From NCBI GenBank assembly GCA_963663765.2, contig CAXXUA010000006.1, forward strand, positions 128,001 through 192,000: a stretch of 64,000 nucleotides of DNA, written 5' to 3'. The translations under genes and the position numbers were made by a program. Shown piece after piece: positions 22,456 through 34,378 of this stretch (within the stretch, counting starts at the first letter, position 1; every line of letters starts with the position of its first letter). Below the pieces are notes generated by a model. The model saw nothing but the letters and a program-made list of their open reading frames with translations. It did not search any database and was not told where the DNA came from. This DNA is from Candidatus Poribacteria bacterium (GTDB lineage Bacteria; Poribacteria; WGA-4E; WGA-3G).

Positions 22456-25400
22456 TTACTTCCGTATCAACATCTTACGCGTAGCAGAAAAGTCGCCTGC
22501 GGTGAGTGTATAGAAATACAAGCCACTCGCCACCTTCTCACCAAACTCATTTTTACCATCCCAATATGCAGCACGGGAACGGTTCTGATACATACCCGCA
22601 GCCTGATGTCCAAGCGACAATGTCCGCACCAATGTGCCGTTCACAGCATAGATATGCACTGACACATCCGCATCCTTTGACAAATGATAGGGTATCCACG
22701 TCTCCGGATTGAACGGGTTGGGGAAGTTCGCTAAGAGTGCTGTCTTTTTCGGTGTCAACGCCTCAAGAAGCTGTTGTAAAAACAGAATACCCTGTAAGGA
22801 CTTCGCATCCGTGAGGTTCAACTGCTGTGCTTGGTTCAGCCACGATTTAACATCGGCGGCAGACAACATATCCATTATCTGTGGGTTCAACTGTGGTGCA
22901 GCAGCACCAGTACCAATCGCATTTGCCACGAGCACAAGGTCAGCAATATCAACAATACCATCGCCGTTGATATCCTCCCGGTATTCTCCCCGCCATCCAA
23001 AACGTAAACTGGTTAGCACCAAATCCTGAATGTTAACAATACCATCCCGGTTGATATCCCCAGTAATATCATGTGTCGGTTCAGTCACCTCAGTCCCTTC
23101 AATCTCAACTTCCCAACGCACACCCTCTTTGTCAACAATGTAGACATTGGACAAAGTTATCGTGGAATCTGTAACATCATAAACCTTAAAGGTGAGTGTA
23201 GCAAGTATACCATTACCGTTGCTCAGGTTATCAAGAGTAGTTGCGGCGACTGGCACATAAGGATATTCATAAAATCCAAACTCTGGAACGTTTTCGAACA
23301 CATAGAAAGCATCCGATGGCAGAAAGTTCCCTTTAGCACTTTCCACGTATGCAAGGGAATCATCATCATACCAGACAATAGCCTGAAAACCAGCGACATC
23401 TTTACCACCTGTGATATTTAGACTAATGGTCAACTGTTCATAGAGTGCTGGAGATACGATTGGGTTTGGTGTGATACTAATCGTCGCATCAGATTGTTTT
23501 ATGGCAGTAACGGGTATCTGTCCAGTCAGTGCTTGATTGTATCCAGCAATGGCTTCAGCACCGACTGTAAAACTGAGCGTGCCATCGGTGTCAAAATCTG
23601 TGCCATCATAGTCCAATGTAATTGCAAGTTGAGTATCACTTATACGATACACACCAAAGAAATCACGAAAAGTAATCCCTTCAATATCGGTAGTTACTGA
23701 CACTGCATCTCGAAGCCTAAAGGACGAATCCTCAAAAAACCGTCCGTTCAGTTTCAATATAACAACGCTCTGGTGTAAGGACGCTTCTGTCAACTCAAAC
23801 TTGGATGATATATCCAGTGACTCCTTGACCGCAGTAACGGGTATTTGTGCGGTGAATGCTTCGTTGAATCCTGCAATGGCACCCGCCTCCACTGTTATGT
23901 TAAGAACACCATCGGTATCAATGTTTCCATTGAAAGTAAGTGGAATTTTCACTTCAGACGCACTTTCAGAATCAACCCTGAATCTACCAACAGTCAGTCC
24001 TTCAATGCCGGATAATGTCACAGCATCTTCAATATCCCATAGCCACCATGTAAATTGGCGTCCGATGAGTTTGAGTGTGATAGTGCCACCATTCAGGGTT
24101 GCCTCTGTCAAAGGTTCTTCGGTTGAGACTTCCAGTCGCTCCTCCACAGCAGGCACATTGAAATCAAAGGAAAATCCTTGATTGTATCCAGCGATAGCAT
24201 CTGCCCCGACGGTGATAGTGAGTGTGCTATCCGTGTCAATGTTGCCAGAAAACGACAAGAAAACCTCTACTTCTGTGTTGCTCACACGTTCTACATTATA
24301 CCTACTAACAGAAACGCCTTCTATACCGGCAAATGTCAATGCATATCTGATAAATGATTCACTGCTGAAATTACGCCCGCTGAGCGTGAACGTGATAGCA
24401 TACCCACCAAGGTTCGCTTCTGTCAAGGGTGTTTTAGTTGATATTACCAACGACTCCTCAACAGCAGGCACATTGAAATCAAAGGAAAATCCTTGATTGT
24501 ATCCAGCGATAGCATCCGCGCCGACGGTGAGCGTGAACGTGCTATCCGTGTCAATGTCATTGGAAAAGAGCAAACTAAGCTTTACTTCTGTGTTGCTCAC
24601 ACGTTCTACGCCATTCCTGTAAACAGAAAGACCTTCAATCCCGGAAATCGTCAATACATCTCTGATGGTCGATTCCCGACTGATGAAGTTACGCCCGATA
24701 AGTGTCAGTGTCACAACGTTACCGTGCAGTGTTGCTTCTGTCAAAGGTGTCTCTACTGTGGCGACTAACGATTCCTCTACAAACGTGACGGGTAGTTCAA
24801 AGGAAAGTGATTGATTATAACCATTGATAGCATCTGCACCCATGGTGATAGTGAGTGTGCTATCCACGTCAATGTTGCCAGAGAATATTAATGGAACAGT
24901 CACCTCCGTATCACTAACGCGATCTAAGGTTGTCCATCTGCCTGTGGTGACACCTTCAATACCAACTATTGTCAAGGCATCTATGATATCCCATGATGCC
25001 CCAGTGAACTGTCTCCCGTTGAGTTTAAGGGTCACCACACTGCCGCTAAGGGTTGCTTCCGTCAAGGGTGCCACCGTTGTTGCAACAAGTGACTCCTCTA
25101 CTGCCGTGACAGAAAATTCAAAGGAAAATGATTGATTATAGCCATTGATAGCATCAGCCCCGACGGTCAGGGTGAACGTTGCGTCTGCATCTATGTTGCT
25201 GGAAAATGTCAGTGGAATTTCCACTTTTGCGTTGTTAACGCGTTCCACATCATACTGATCAACAGCGACACCTTCAATACCAGAGACTGTCAAAGCACGT
25301 TCAATGTCATATTCAGAGCTTATAAAGGAACGTCCACTGAGTGTCAGTGTCACCACACTGCCGCTAAGGGTTGCCTCTGTCAAGGGTGCTACCGTTGTCG

Positions 25401-27087
25401 CAACAAGCGTTTCCTCTACTGCCGTGACAGGAAGTTCAAAGGAAAATGATTGATTATAACCATTGATAGCATCTGCCCCGACGGTCAGGGTGAACGTTGC
25501 GTCTGCATCTATGTTGCTGGAAAATGTCAGTGGAATTTCCACTTTTGCGTTGCTAACGCGTTCCACATCATACTGATCAACAGCAACACCTTCAATACCA
25601 GATACTGTCAAAGCCCTTTCAATGTCATATTCAGAGCTTACGAAAGAACGCCCACTAAGTGTCAGTGTTACCACACTATTGTGCAGGGTTGCCTCTGTCA
25701 AGGGTGCCACCGTTGTTGCAGCAAGTGACTCCTCTACTGCTGTCACAGGGAGTTCAAAGGAAAATGATTGATTATAGCCATTGATAGCATCAGCCCCGAC
25801 GGTCAGGGTGAGTGTAGCATCGGTGTCTATGTTGCCAGAGAAGGTCAGTGGCACGGTGACCTTCGTATTACTTATGCGATCTACACCAGACTTGTAAAAT
25901 GATGCACCTTCAATGCCAGAGACCGTCAGAGCATTATAGACATTGTATTCACTAGCGAAACTACGCCCGCTAAGTGTCAGTGTCACCACGTTACCGTGCA
26001 GTGTTGCTTCCGTCAATGGAGACTCCGTTGTTGCAGCAAGTGACTCCTCAACTGCAGTGACAGTGAGTTGGATGGTGAACGGTTGGTTGTAGCCTATGAT
26101 GACACTCGCGCCTACGGTGATAGTGAGCGTTGCGTCTGCATCTATGTTGCCAGAAAAGGTCAGTGGAATTTCCACTTTTGCGTTGCTAACGCGATCCACA
26201 TCATACTGATCAACAGCAACACCTTCAATACCAGATACTGTCAAAGCCCTTTCAATGTCATATTCAGAGCTTACGAAAGAACGACCACTAAGTGTCAGTG
26301 TTACCACACTATTGTGCAGGGTTGCCTCTGTCAAGGGTGCCACCGTTGTTGCAGCAAGTGACTCCTCTACTGCTGTCACAGGTAATTGGACAGTAAACGC
26401 CTCATTGTAACCTGCTATGCGAGCTGCACTTACGGTGATGGTGAATGTGCTATCCGCGTCAATATTGCCGGAGAATGCAAGTGACACAGTCATCTGTGTG
26501 TTGCTGACGCGTCTGACCCTACTTATGGTTACGCCATCAATGCCAGATACAGACACGGTACCGGAGGTGTTAAAAACACGTCCGCTGAGTGTGAGTGTTA
26601 CTACACTTCCGCTAAGGGTTGCTTCTGTCAAGGGTGCCACCGTTGTTGCGGTCAACGACTCTGCTATAGCCATGACGGGCACTTGTGCAGTGAGCGCAGC
26701 ACCGTCGTAGTCCGCTATTGCGCTTGCTCCCACTGTAAAGACAAGGTTCGTATCTGTATCTATGTTACCAGAAAATGTCAGTTCAACGGTTACCTTCGTA
26801 TCGCTGACACGATCGACATCAAAAGATCCAACAGTTATACCTGCAATGCCAGAGACTGTCACTCCATTTCTAACCGTAAATGTAGAACGTTCAAATGCTG
26901 CACCGCTCAGTGTCAGTGTCACCACTTTACCACTCAGGTTTGCCTACGTTAGTGGTGCTTCAACGGTAGCTGTAATTGTAGGGGTTCCTTCCTGTGCATA
27001 ACTGATGGTTTGTATTCCAAAGGTAACCATCAAAATAGATACCAGAATGAATACAAAGTCTTTTTGTTTTAAAACTCGTGTGTTCAT
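22456..27087 (-). pseudogene. Large secreted surface protein (11 ~105-aa beta-rich repeats, cohesin-like, dockerin-like and FlgD-Ig/T9SS-like C-terminal domains) with in-frame TAG at codon 48
   Basis: AGGAG plus ATG at 27087 and signal peptide; APLT*ANLSG (TAG 26944-26946) versus APLTEATLSG in other repeats; DINRDGIVNIQDL/DINGDGIVDIADL; NFPNPFNPETWIPY...WDGKNEFGEKVASGLYFY. Confidence 0.85.
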
Positions 27088-27857
27088 AAAATACTCCTTT
27101 CGATTTCAATATGTGATCATCTGTAGTCTTGTATGTTAGGTAAATATGCTCTGCCTAACCTACACTCCCATCATAAGTGAGTTGATCGGCAGGTAGGTTC
27201 GCGTCAGCTGCGGAAACCAATGTCGAGGTTGTCTTTTCACACACCTTCTATCCACATGAAATCGTAAAAATGATGCCACTCAAGCATAGATAGTCGTTAT
27301 ACCAAATTAACGGAATATGTCTTTTTCCGACAGTAGGTGCGGTTTCCTAACCGCACACTTAACAAGATAAATCACATTAATTGGGTATTAGATCATATAC
27401 GTAGTGATTTTTTTAGTAGTGTCTAATTATGGTTATACACTACCTTAGTAGTGTATACTTATAAGCAAGTACTTGTCAAATCTTTCTGTCTTACCCAAGG
27501 GTTATTCAATTGTCCGAAATGGATTCTTGTGGGAGGGGTTTGTAACCCCGACTGTCTGTCTGAACCAGGATTATCGGATTATCAGGATTAGAGTCTGAAG
27601 CGGTTGCGTTCAATTCCAAAGATACACTTTCACTCAGCAGAAACCCTGGAAATCTGTAAATCCTGAAAATCCTGGTTCAGACACCCCGTGTAAGCCGCGA
27701 TTCAGAAACACAACCCACATCCTCCGCGATTCCACACAAACACTCCCACACAAAAACACCATTGACAAGAAACACAACCACCATATAAAATACAATCACA
27801 CACAACAATCAGATATTTAACTATCCACCAACCCAAATCACAAAAGGTAAACCACTC

Positions 27858-29726
27858 ATGAAACACATATTCTATACACTATTGATCGTCCTGACCTTAG
27901 TATCCACCACCACGTTTGCACAAGACTACACACAATGGAATCTCCCCGATGGTGCAACAGCACGACTCGGGAAAGGATGGATTGCTGGTAGTATATCCTA
28001 TTCACCCGACGGCACAAAGTTAGCCGTAGCAAGTAGCATCGGCGTGTGGATATACGATGCACAGACAGGTGAAGAACTTAATCTCTTATCAGGACATACA
28101 TCTCCAGTCATCAGCGTCGCGTACAGCCCGGATGGGAAAACTATCGCAAGTGGAAGCATGGAACACACATTCCATTTTTGGAATACAAACACCAATAAAA
28201 CCAGCCGTACCGTAATTGGCAATAGGACTTGGATCACCAGTGTCGCGTTCAGTCCCGATGGGGTAACATTCGCAAGCGGAAGTGCGACAAACCGTATCCG
28301 CATGTGGCACTTGGTGGAGATGAAAAGAAATGCATACATCTATACGCTTGAAAGCATTCCGCATGAGGTCAACGTTATCGCGTTCAGTCCGGATGGGAAA
28401 ACTATCGCAAGTAGCAGTGGGGACAACACAATCCGGATGTGGGACGTAGAAACTACAACCCTTCTCCGCACGTTTGAAGGGCATACGGATCTGGTCTACA
28501 CCTTAGCATTCAGTCCAGATGGGAAAACAATCGCAAGCGGCAGTAAGGATAATACGCTCCGCTTGTGGGACGCAAACACGAGTGACCACCTCCGCACGTT
28601 TGAAGGGCATACGGATAAGGTCAACAGTGTAGCATTCAGTCCGGATGGGAGTATCCTTGTCAGTGGGAGTCATGACAAATCCATCCGATTGTGGAATGCA
28701 AACACCGGGGCACCCCTTCGCACGTTTGAAGGACATACGGAATGGGTCAAAAATGTAACGTTCAGTCCGGATGGTGAAACAATTGCAAGCGGAAGTCGGG
28801 ACAACACAATACGCTTGTGGAGCGTGGACACGGGTGACCACCTCCGCACGTTCGAAGGACATACGAATAAGGTCTTTGATGTGGCGTTCAGCCCGGATGA
28901 AAACATTCTCGCCAGTTGCGGTCAGGATACAGTTGTTCATTTGTGGAACGCAGACACTGCTACCCCTCTCCGCACGTTTGAAGGGCATACGAAAACGGTC
29001 AGAGGTTTAACGTTCAGTCCGAATGGGAAAACTATCGCAAGCACCAGTTTTGACAAAACCCTCCGTCTGTGGAACACTCACACAGGTGACCACCTACACA
29101 CACTTGAAGAACATACGAATGTCTTTAGAGTCGTGTTCAGTCCGGATGGAAAAACTATCGTCAGTGGAAGTCGGGACAACACAATACGCTTGTGGAACGC
29201 AGACATAGGTGACCACCATCTCACGCTTAAAGGAAATACAGATAAGGTTTACTATGTAGTGTTCAGTCCGGATGGGAAAACTATAGCAAGTCCCATCGGG
29301 GACAACACAATCCGTTTGTGGAGCGCAGACACGGGTGATCACCTCCTCACGCTTGAAGGACATACAGATAAGGTCTACAGTGTAGCATTCAGTCCGAATA
29401 GCACGCTACTCGTCAGTGGAAGTAAGGACAAATCAATCCATTTGTGGAATGCAAAAACGGGTGACCTCCTCCGCACATTTGAAGGACATACAGATTTGAT
29501 CTCTACTGTCGTGTTCAGTCCAGATGGAAAAACTATCATCAGTGGAAGTTGGGACAACACAATCCGTTTGTGGAACACTAACACTGGCAACCACATACGA
29601 ACACTTATTGGGCATACGGATGAAATCTGGAACATATCGATCAGTCCGGATGGAAAAACTCTTGCCAGTGGAAGTAGGGACGGCACCGTGTTACTGTGGA
29701 CAATCCCAAGCGACGAGAACAAATAG
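27858..29726 (+). CDS. Secreted WD40-repeat protein (intact paralogue of 17854-19719)
   Basis: Same signal peptide, upstream region and 3' end; ~14 WD40 repeats. Confidence 0.93.
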   Translation: MKHIFYTLLIVLTLVSTTTFAQDYTQWNLPDGATARLGKGWIAGSISYSPDGTKLAVASSIGVWIYDAQTGEELNLLSGHTSPVISVAYSPDGKTIASGSMEHTFHFWNTNTNKTSRTVIGNRTWITSVAFSPDGVTFASGSATNRIRMWHLVEMKRNAYIYTLESIPHEVNVIAFSPDGKTIASSSGDNTIRMWDVETTTLLRTFEGHTDLVYTLAFSPDGKTIASGSKDNTLRLWDANTSDHLRTFEGHTDKVNSVAFSPDGSILVSGSHDKSIRLWNANTGAPLRTFEGHTEWVKNVTFSPDGETIASGSRDNTIRLWSVDTGDHLRTFEGHTNKVFDVAFSPDENILASCGQDTVVHLWNADTATPLRTFEGHTKTVRGLTFSPNGKTIASTSFDKTLRLWNTHTGDHLHTLEEHTNVFRVVFSPDGKTIVSGSRDNTIRLWNADIGDHHLTLKGNTDKVYYVVFSPDGKTIASPIGDNTIRLWSADTGDHLLTLEGHTDKVYSVAFSPNSTLLVSGSKDKSIHLWNAKTGDLLRTFEGHTDLISTVVFSPDGKTIISGSWDNTIRLWNTNTGNHIRTLIGHTDEIWNISISPDGKTLASGSRDGTVLLWTIPSDENK

Positions 29727-30120
29727 ATTGACTAATTGTAGGCGTGCTTTGGAAGCGCGCACCGCTTGCAGGCGGGGAATGCCTAAATGGCATTCATACC
29801 GTTGATTTGGTGCTTTGTAAGCGCGCCCACTTGCACCTCTTGCAGGCGTGCTTTGTAAGCGCGCCCTCTTGCACCTCTTGCAGGCGTGCTTTGTAAGCGC
29901 GCCCTCTTGCACCTCTTGCAGGCGTGCTTTGTAAGCGCGCCCCTCTTGTGAGAGAGGTTTCAAACCCCGAATGTCTGCGCGCCCTCTTGTCTGAACCAGG
30001 ATTTTCAGGATTTACAGATTAGCAGGATAAGATTTCTGTGACTAATGTTATTGCTTAGATGAAACTTTTTCTATGTGATATAACCTCTGGCACCTGTTAT
30101 TGTAACATGGAACTCACAAA

Positions 30121-30157
30121 AGAAAAAGGCAGATACCCAAAAAGGATACCTGTCTGT
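30121..30157 (-). terminator. Putative intrinsic terminator after cassette 1
   Basis: GGCAG(A)TACC-CAAAAA-GGATACCTG(T/C)C hairpin with adjacent A-tract (U-tract on minus strand); near-identical copy at 41683-41720. Confidence 0.6.
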
Positions 30158-30178
30158 TAGTTTTCAAGGCAATAGTTT

Positions 30179-31804
30179 TCAGTCAACTGTCACATCTTTA
30201 AAAACATCATACGGAACACCCCACGCATCACCCAATCCACTGTTATTAAACGGATACACACGTAAAGTGAATTTATACGTCCCAGATGCAGCAGATGCCG
30301 GAAATGAATAATTTACTGGTAACGAATACGTCGTCGCATCGCTATTCCCAGAAGTCCTATCGATTTTCGTGCCATATTTATTATCCTCATCATAGGTGCG
30401 ATCTGGAAAATATATATACAGATCCGCACCGATAATCGGTGCATTGGCAGTGGCAGTCATGGACACAGAACCTGTGCTGCTGGTATACGTCAAAGATAAA
30501 CTCGGTGTAAAGACTGCAGGTGGCGGTGGCACGGGATATGTGTCCGTATGTTGACAAATATAGAAATTCGTACCTGTACACACACCAACACCATTCGTTG
30601 TCGTACAACTCACCTTGTAGACATGATACATCGAATTTATAGTCAAATCCGTATGACCGCACCCATACGTAGTATGCGGTTGACACTCATAAAACGTTCC
30701 AAAATATCCCGTGATTTGCGTTGCATGGGTACTCCCTGTTTGACATGCAAATAACTCAATATGAGAATGAGATGAATCGCCACACGGTGGAGTTATACGT
30801 GAATGATCACCCGATTGCCAAGACTCATGAGAATCACACACATGGTAGGTTGCGGTTGTAGCGTCCTCATCGTCATCATCCGAATCGCCAGCATCCGCAC
30901 TCTCATCACTACTATCAGAATGGAGTTTTGTCCCACGCCTCAAACGTCTTAAATCATGATCATACTTCAACTTCATGCACCTTCTATAACTTTCGCCGCA
31001 AACATCTTCATTTCCATCTCTATCTATTGCCATAAGTTTGCACTCACGGATTCTATGCTTACTGACTTCTATTGGATCACAAGTGTAGTAATGAATTCCA
31101 TCCCCCGAAATCAATGTCTTATTTCCGTTTTCATCCTCCTCATCGCCACATGTCTGTTGATGCGTATAGAACGCCTTGTTTGGTGTGTTATACGACTCGT
31201 CACAAACCGTCTTACCCGCAAGGTAATTCCCTCTACAGGAAAAAGATGGTAAATTATCTCTACACGTATACGATGTCAAAGAAGACACGGTATGGTTGGG
31301 TTCACTAGGTGAATCGTGGCTTTCTGCCTCATGCAACTTGACAACTTGTAAGGCAACTTTATGAGAACCTTTATAACGGCTAACAGTGGAATTGAAAATC
31401 TCTATCTCTTCCTTCAATGCCTCAAGTACATCACTATAAAATGTAGACAGATCAATTAATCTATAATGGTCTTTAAGTGCCTTCTCTGCGTCTGTCTCAA
31501 AAAAACCTAATAACCTAGCAGCTGTCAATACCAGTCCATCACCCAAATACTTTTCTATAGCACTCCCCATACTTTGCAAACGCACTTCGTCTAGTGCATC
31601 ATCCCAATTATCACTTACTTCATCTTCAACATCCCACGCTCCATTTACATCAATTTTTTGATTAATGACATGGATTTCCATCTTGCGCAAGTCTTCAAAA
31701 GCGTTCTCAACATATTCTTCATAGTTTGCTTCCGATGACACGGTGAATAGAGAAAAACAGATAGAAAAAAAGTAAAGGTTAATCTTAAAAATAGTCTCAT
31801 TCAT
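30179..31804 (-). CDS. Secreted Cys/His-rich hypothetical protein (cassette gene B1)
   Basis: GGAGG plus ATG at 31804 (MNETIFKINLYFFSICFSLFTVSSEA); helical N-domain, many C/H clusters, acidic linker, beta-rich C-terminal domain. Confidence 0.85.
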   Translation of the reverse strand: MNETIFKINLYFFSICFSLFTVSSEANYEEYVENAFEDLRKMEIHVINQKIDVNGAWDVEDEVSDNWDDALDEVRLQSMGSAIEKYLGDGLVLTAARLLGFFETDAEKALKDHYRLIDLSTFYSDVLEALKEEIEIFNSTVSRYKGSHKVALQVVKLHEAESHDSPSEPNHTVSSLTSYTCRDNLPSFSCRGNYLAGKTVCDESYNTPNKAFYTHQQTCGDEEDENGNKTLISGDGIHYYTCDPIEVSKHRIRECKLMAIDRDGNEDVCGESYRRCMKLKYDHDLRRLRRGTKLHSDSSDESADAGDSDDDDEDATTATYHVCDSHESWQSGDHSRITPPCGDSSHSHIELFACQTGSTHATQITGYFGTFYECQPHTTYGCGHTDLTINSMYHVYKVSCTTTNGVGVCTGTNFYICQHTDTYPVPPPPAVFTPSLSLTYTSSTGSVSMTATANAPIIGADLYIYFPDRTYDEDNKYGTKIDRTSGNSDATTYSLPVNYSFPASAASGTYKFTLRVYPFNNSGLGDAWGVPYDVFKDVTVD

Positions 31805-31814
31805 GATATACCTC

Positions 31815-32555
31815 CTATTTTGGTAACGGGAAATTTGAGCGTTGTCGTTTGGGACGAAGGATGTTTTCATCTAACGTGCCTCGTCCCCATGTTAATTTAA
31901 TTAAGTCAGTCAACCGGGCATTTTCCCACAAAAATTGTTTGTATACCTCACTGGGAGGCACTCTATCTTCAATTGTAAATGTATCCAATCGTTCATTCAA
32001 CTCAGCAAATTTTACATGATCGGCCTTCCTACGCGCTGAGTGATTCTTCCAGGCTTGTATGAAGATTGGATTGGTTATGTCGCCAATGCTTTCATAGTAT
32101 GTCATGAGATAGATGTTACGTGCAATGGCTGTGGCTTCAAGGTCGTCCGGTGGAAATGGCGGTATCCATTTCGCGCTCCAGTGTCCGCGTTCTTCAGTCT
32201 GCAGGCGTAGTGCTTTCACAGGATTTGATTCAAGCAACTCCGCATGATAGGTTAAGGGACCATCATACGTTTTTGGTACTAGCGCAGACTGCCCGTGTAG
32301 TTGATCAACTCTATCCCAATGATTACCATGCCATTCATATTCATGTCCATCATCTGGATGTGGTGGTCTGTTATACAGTTCAGGCACTTGCACATGTTCG
32401 GTAGGTTGTTCGGTTTCCGTCTCCGTTTTGGGTTCTGGGTCGGCAAGTTCCTCTTTGAACTGTTTCATGTCTACATGCAAGTATATTTGCAATGCCACGA
32501 AACCGACTATAAGAAGCGCGAGTCCGCCTATTGCCCACTGTAATTGTTTTGACAT
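31815..32555 (-). CDS. Membrane-anchored hypothetical protein (cassette gene A1)
   Basis: MSKQLQWAIGGLALL... N-terminus shared with 43237-43839 and 45092-45784. Confidence 0.88.
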   Translation of the reverse strand: MSKQLQWAIGGLALLIVGFVALQIYLHVDMKQFKEELADPEPKTETETEQPTEHVQVPELYNRPPHPDDGHEYEWHGNHWDRVDQLHGQSALVPKTYDGPLTYHAELLESNPVKALRLQTEERGHWSAKWIPPFPPDDLEATAIARNIYLMTYYESIGDITNPIFIQAWKNHSARRKADHVKFAELNERLDTFTIEDRVPPSEVYKQFLWENARLTDLIKLTWGRGTLDENILRPKRQRSNFPLPK

Positions 32556-32556
32556 G

Positions 32557-32922
32557 TCAATACCCCCTTATTTGTGTGTCCCCTTGCGAACTTAATGTGT
32601 CTTGTTGGCAAGGTTCGGTTAATGCGGGGTTGATGATCCCCCGGTCAGGAATAATATGGTTACCAATTTTGTCTACCTTCTGAGGACACGATATTCTTGG
32701 GGTTGGACAGATAATGTATGGTTTTTCACAGTCCTGTCTTGTTATGCACTCAGGCTTGAATATGGGTATCAGACCAGACGGGGCTTCGTTTGAAAGAGTC
32801 GCATCAGATAACCCATGTCCGAAGAGTGTCATAAAGCTGAAAATTGTTACCATAACAATGACAGTGAGTAAGCACTCACCCTGATAGGTGCGTATTATTT
32901 TCAAAGGTCTTTTTATCATCAA
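32557..32922 (-). CDS. Small hypothetical protein with hydrophobic segment and 4-Cys cluster (cassette gene C)
   Basis: AGGAG RBS upstream; ends 1 bp before A1; internally deleted copies precede A2 and A3. Confidence 0.55.
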   Translation of the reverse strand: MMIKRPLKIIRTYQGECLLTVIVMVTIFSFMTLFGHGLSDATLSNEAPSGLIPIFKPECITRQDCEKPYIICPTPRISCPQKVDKIGNHIIPDRGIINPALTEPCQQDTLSSQGDTQIRGY

Positions 32923-33506
32923 TTATATCTCCTGTGTATATGCACAACACAGATTAACAAGCATTGAAACATTCTCCAATGCAACAACAAAAGCCCGCGA
33001 CGAAATGTGCGGGCACGAAAATACCACAAACCGAATGCTTGCGGGAAGACTTTGTAAATAATAAATATTAACGAATGTGAATTGAAGAGGGAGGGTAATA
33101 ACTTATAGTTTAGTATAGTTAAAACAAACCTACCAAGTCCAATACGCAGATAATACCTGCTCAAAAAATTGGACCAAAAGGTGTTCACTTTACGTGTACA
33201 CTTTTTGATCTGCTGTTTCCACATATCGGTTAATCATTTTTAAATCCTCATGTGTGAGAAATAACGTATAGGAGGATGAAGGTAAATCACAGAAATACCG
33301 ACTATTTACCCTCACTAACCCTTGATCTGGTGCATTCTACCGGAGCAGATGTCCAATAAGTTTTAAACTTTACAATAGTTATAATACGACATTACAATAG
33401 TTATAATACTATATTTTCATATTAAATGTCATATTTTATTTTTCTTTTAGTCTATATGTTGCTATTTAATAATAGGGTGTTTTCTGAAAAAACAAGTTAT
33501 ATCCAC

Positions 33507-34378
33507 CAATACCTTCGCCATTTTTGAGTGCTTCAGTTGAATGAGTATATAGTGTTGATCTACCATTGCTCTGTGATATTGTTAGGATTACATAAATAAA
33601 AATTACTTCAGGTTTTCGTTGAAGTATTTTTAATTATCATAGCGTCTAATTTGACGATAGAATCTGACAGAATAATTTATATGCACAATCTGGCAGAATG
33701 TGCTACAACTGACCGCACAATCTGGAAGAATGTGCTACAACTGACCGCACAATCTGGCAGAATGTGCTACAACTGACCGCACAATCTGGAAGAATGTGCT
33801 ACAACTGACCGCACAATCTGACAGAATGTCTATTGTTGGCGATGGTATTGGTTTTCGTTGAAGTATTTTTAATTATCATAGCGTCTAATTTGACAATAGA
33901 AATGACTATATCAACAATCTGTCAGAATAATTTATATGCGCAATCTGTCAGAATGTGCTACAACTGACCGCACAATCTGACAGAATGTCTATTATTGGCC
34001 AGGGTTTTTTAGTTTTCAATATTTTTGATATTATTTTGCTATGTCGTTAATTTTATGGGGTACCATCTTGTCCAGTTCTTTAGTCCCGTAGGGACGATAT
34101 GTTTATAGAAAATGTTTTCCACCCCAATTGAGTTCCATAGGAACGACATAGAAGAATAAACATATCGTCCCTACGGGACTAAAGAACTGTGGATGGTATT
34201 CGTTTTCTATAAACATATCGTCCCTACGGGACTAAAGAGCGATGTTAATTTTTCAATAATCTAAAACTTATGCAGAAAGTTCGGTTAGGAAACCGAACCT
34301 GGGTATAATCTTTCAGTAAATCTCAATAACAGAAAACTCTTAAAACTAAATAACCCTGTATTATTGGCGAAGGTATTG
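33507..34378. mobile_element. MITE family A (CAATACCTTCGCCA TIR, 6-bp TSD ATCCAC) carrying 32-bp arrays and a nested ISAs1-like MITE
   Basis: TSD at 33501-33506 and 34379-34384; arrays at 33683-33830 (4.5 units) and 33938-33989. Confidence 0.85.
34000..34358. mobile_element. Nested MITE with CAGGGTT...AACCCTG ends and 10-bp TSD TATTATTGGC
   Basis: TSD at 33990-33999 and 34359-34368; internal TTTAGTCCCGTAGGGACG palindromic repeats. Confidence 0.85.

Noticed and set aside
27120-27260. Possible riboswitch upstream of the giant surface protein
   Set aside because: GC-rich hairpins are present but I recognise no c-di-GMP, TPP, cobalamin or SAM consensus; one hairpin is a REP variant. An Infernal/Rfam scan would settle it.
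17854-29726. WD40 paralogues as DGR template/variable pair
   Set aside because: Differences include many non-adenine changes, and there is no reverse transcriptase in the window.
32919-33224. 101-aa ORF upstream of gene C
   Set aside because: No convincing RBS or motif; composition looks like non-coding AT-rich DNA.
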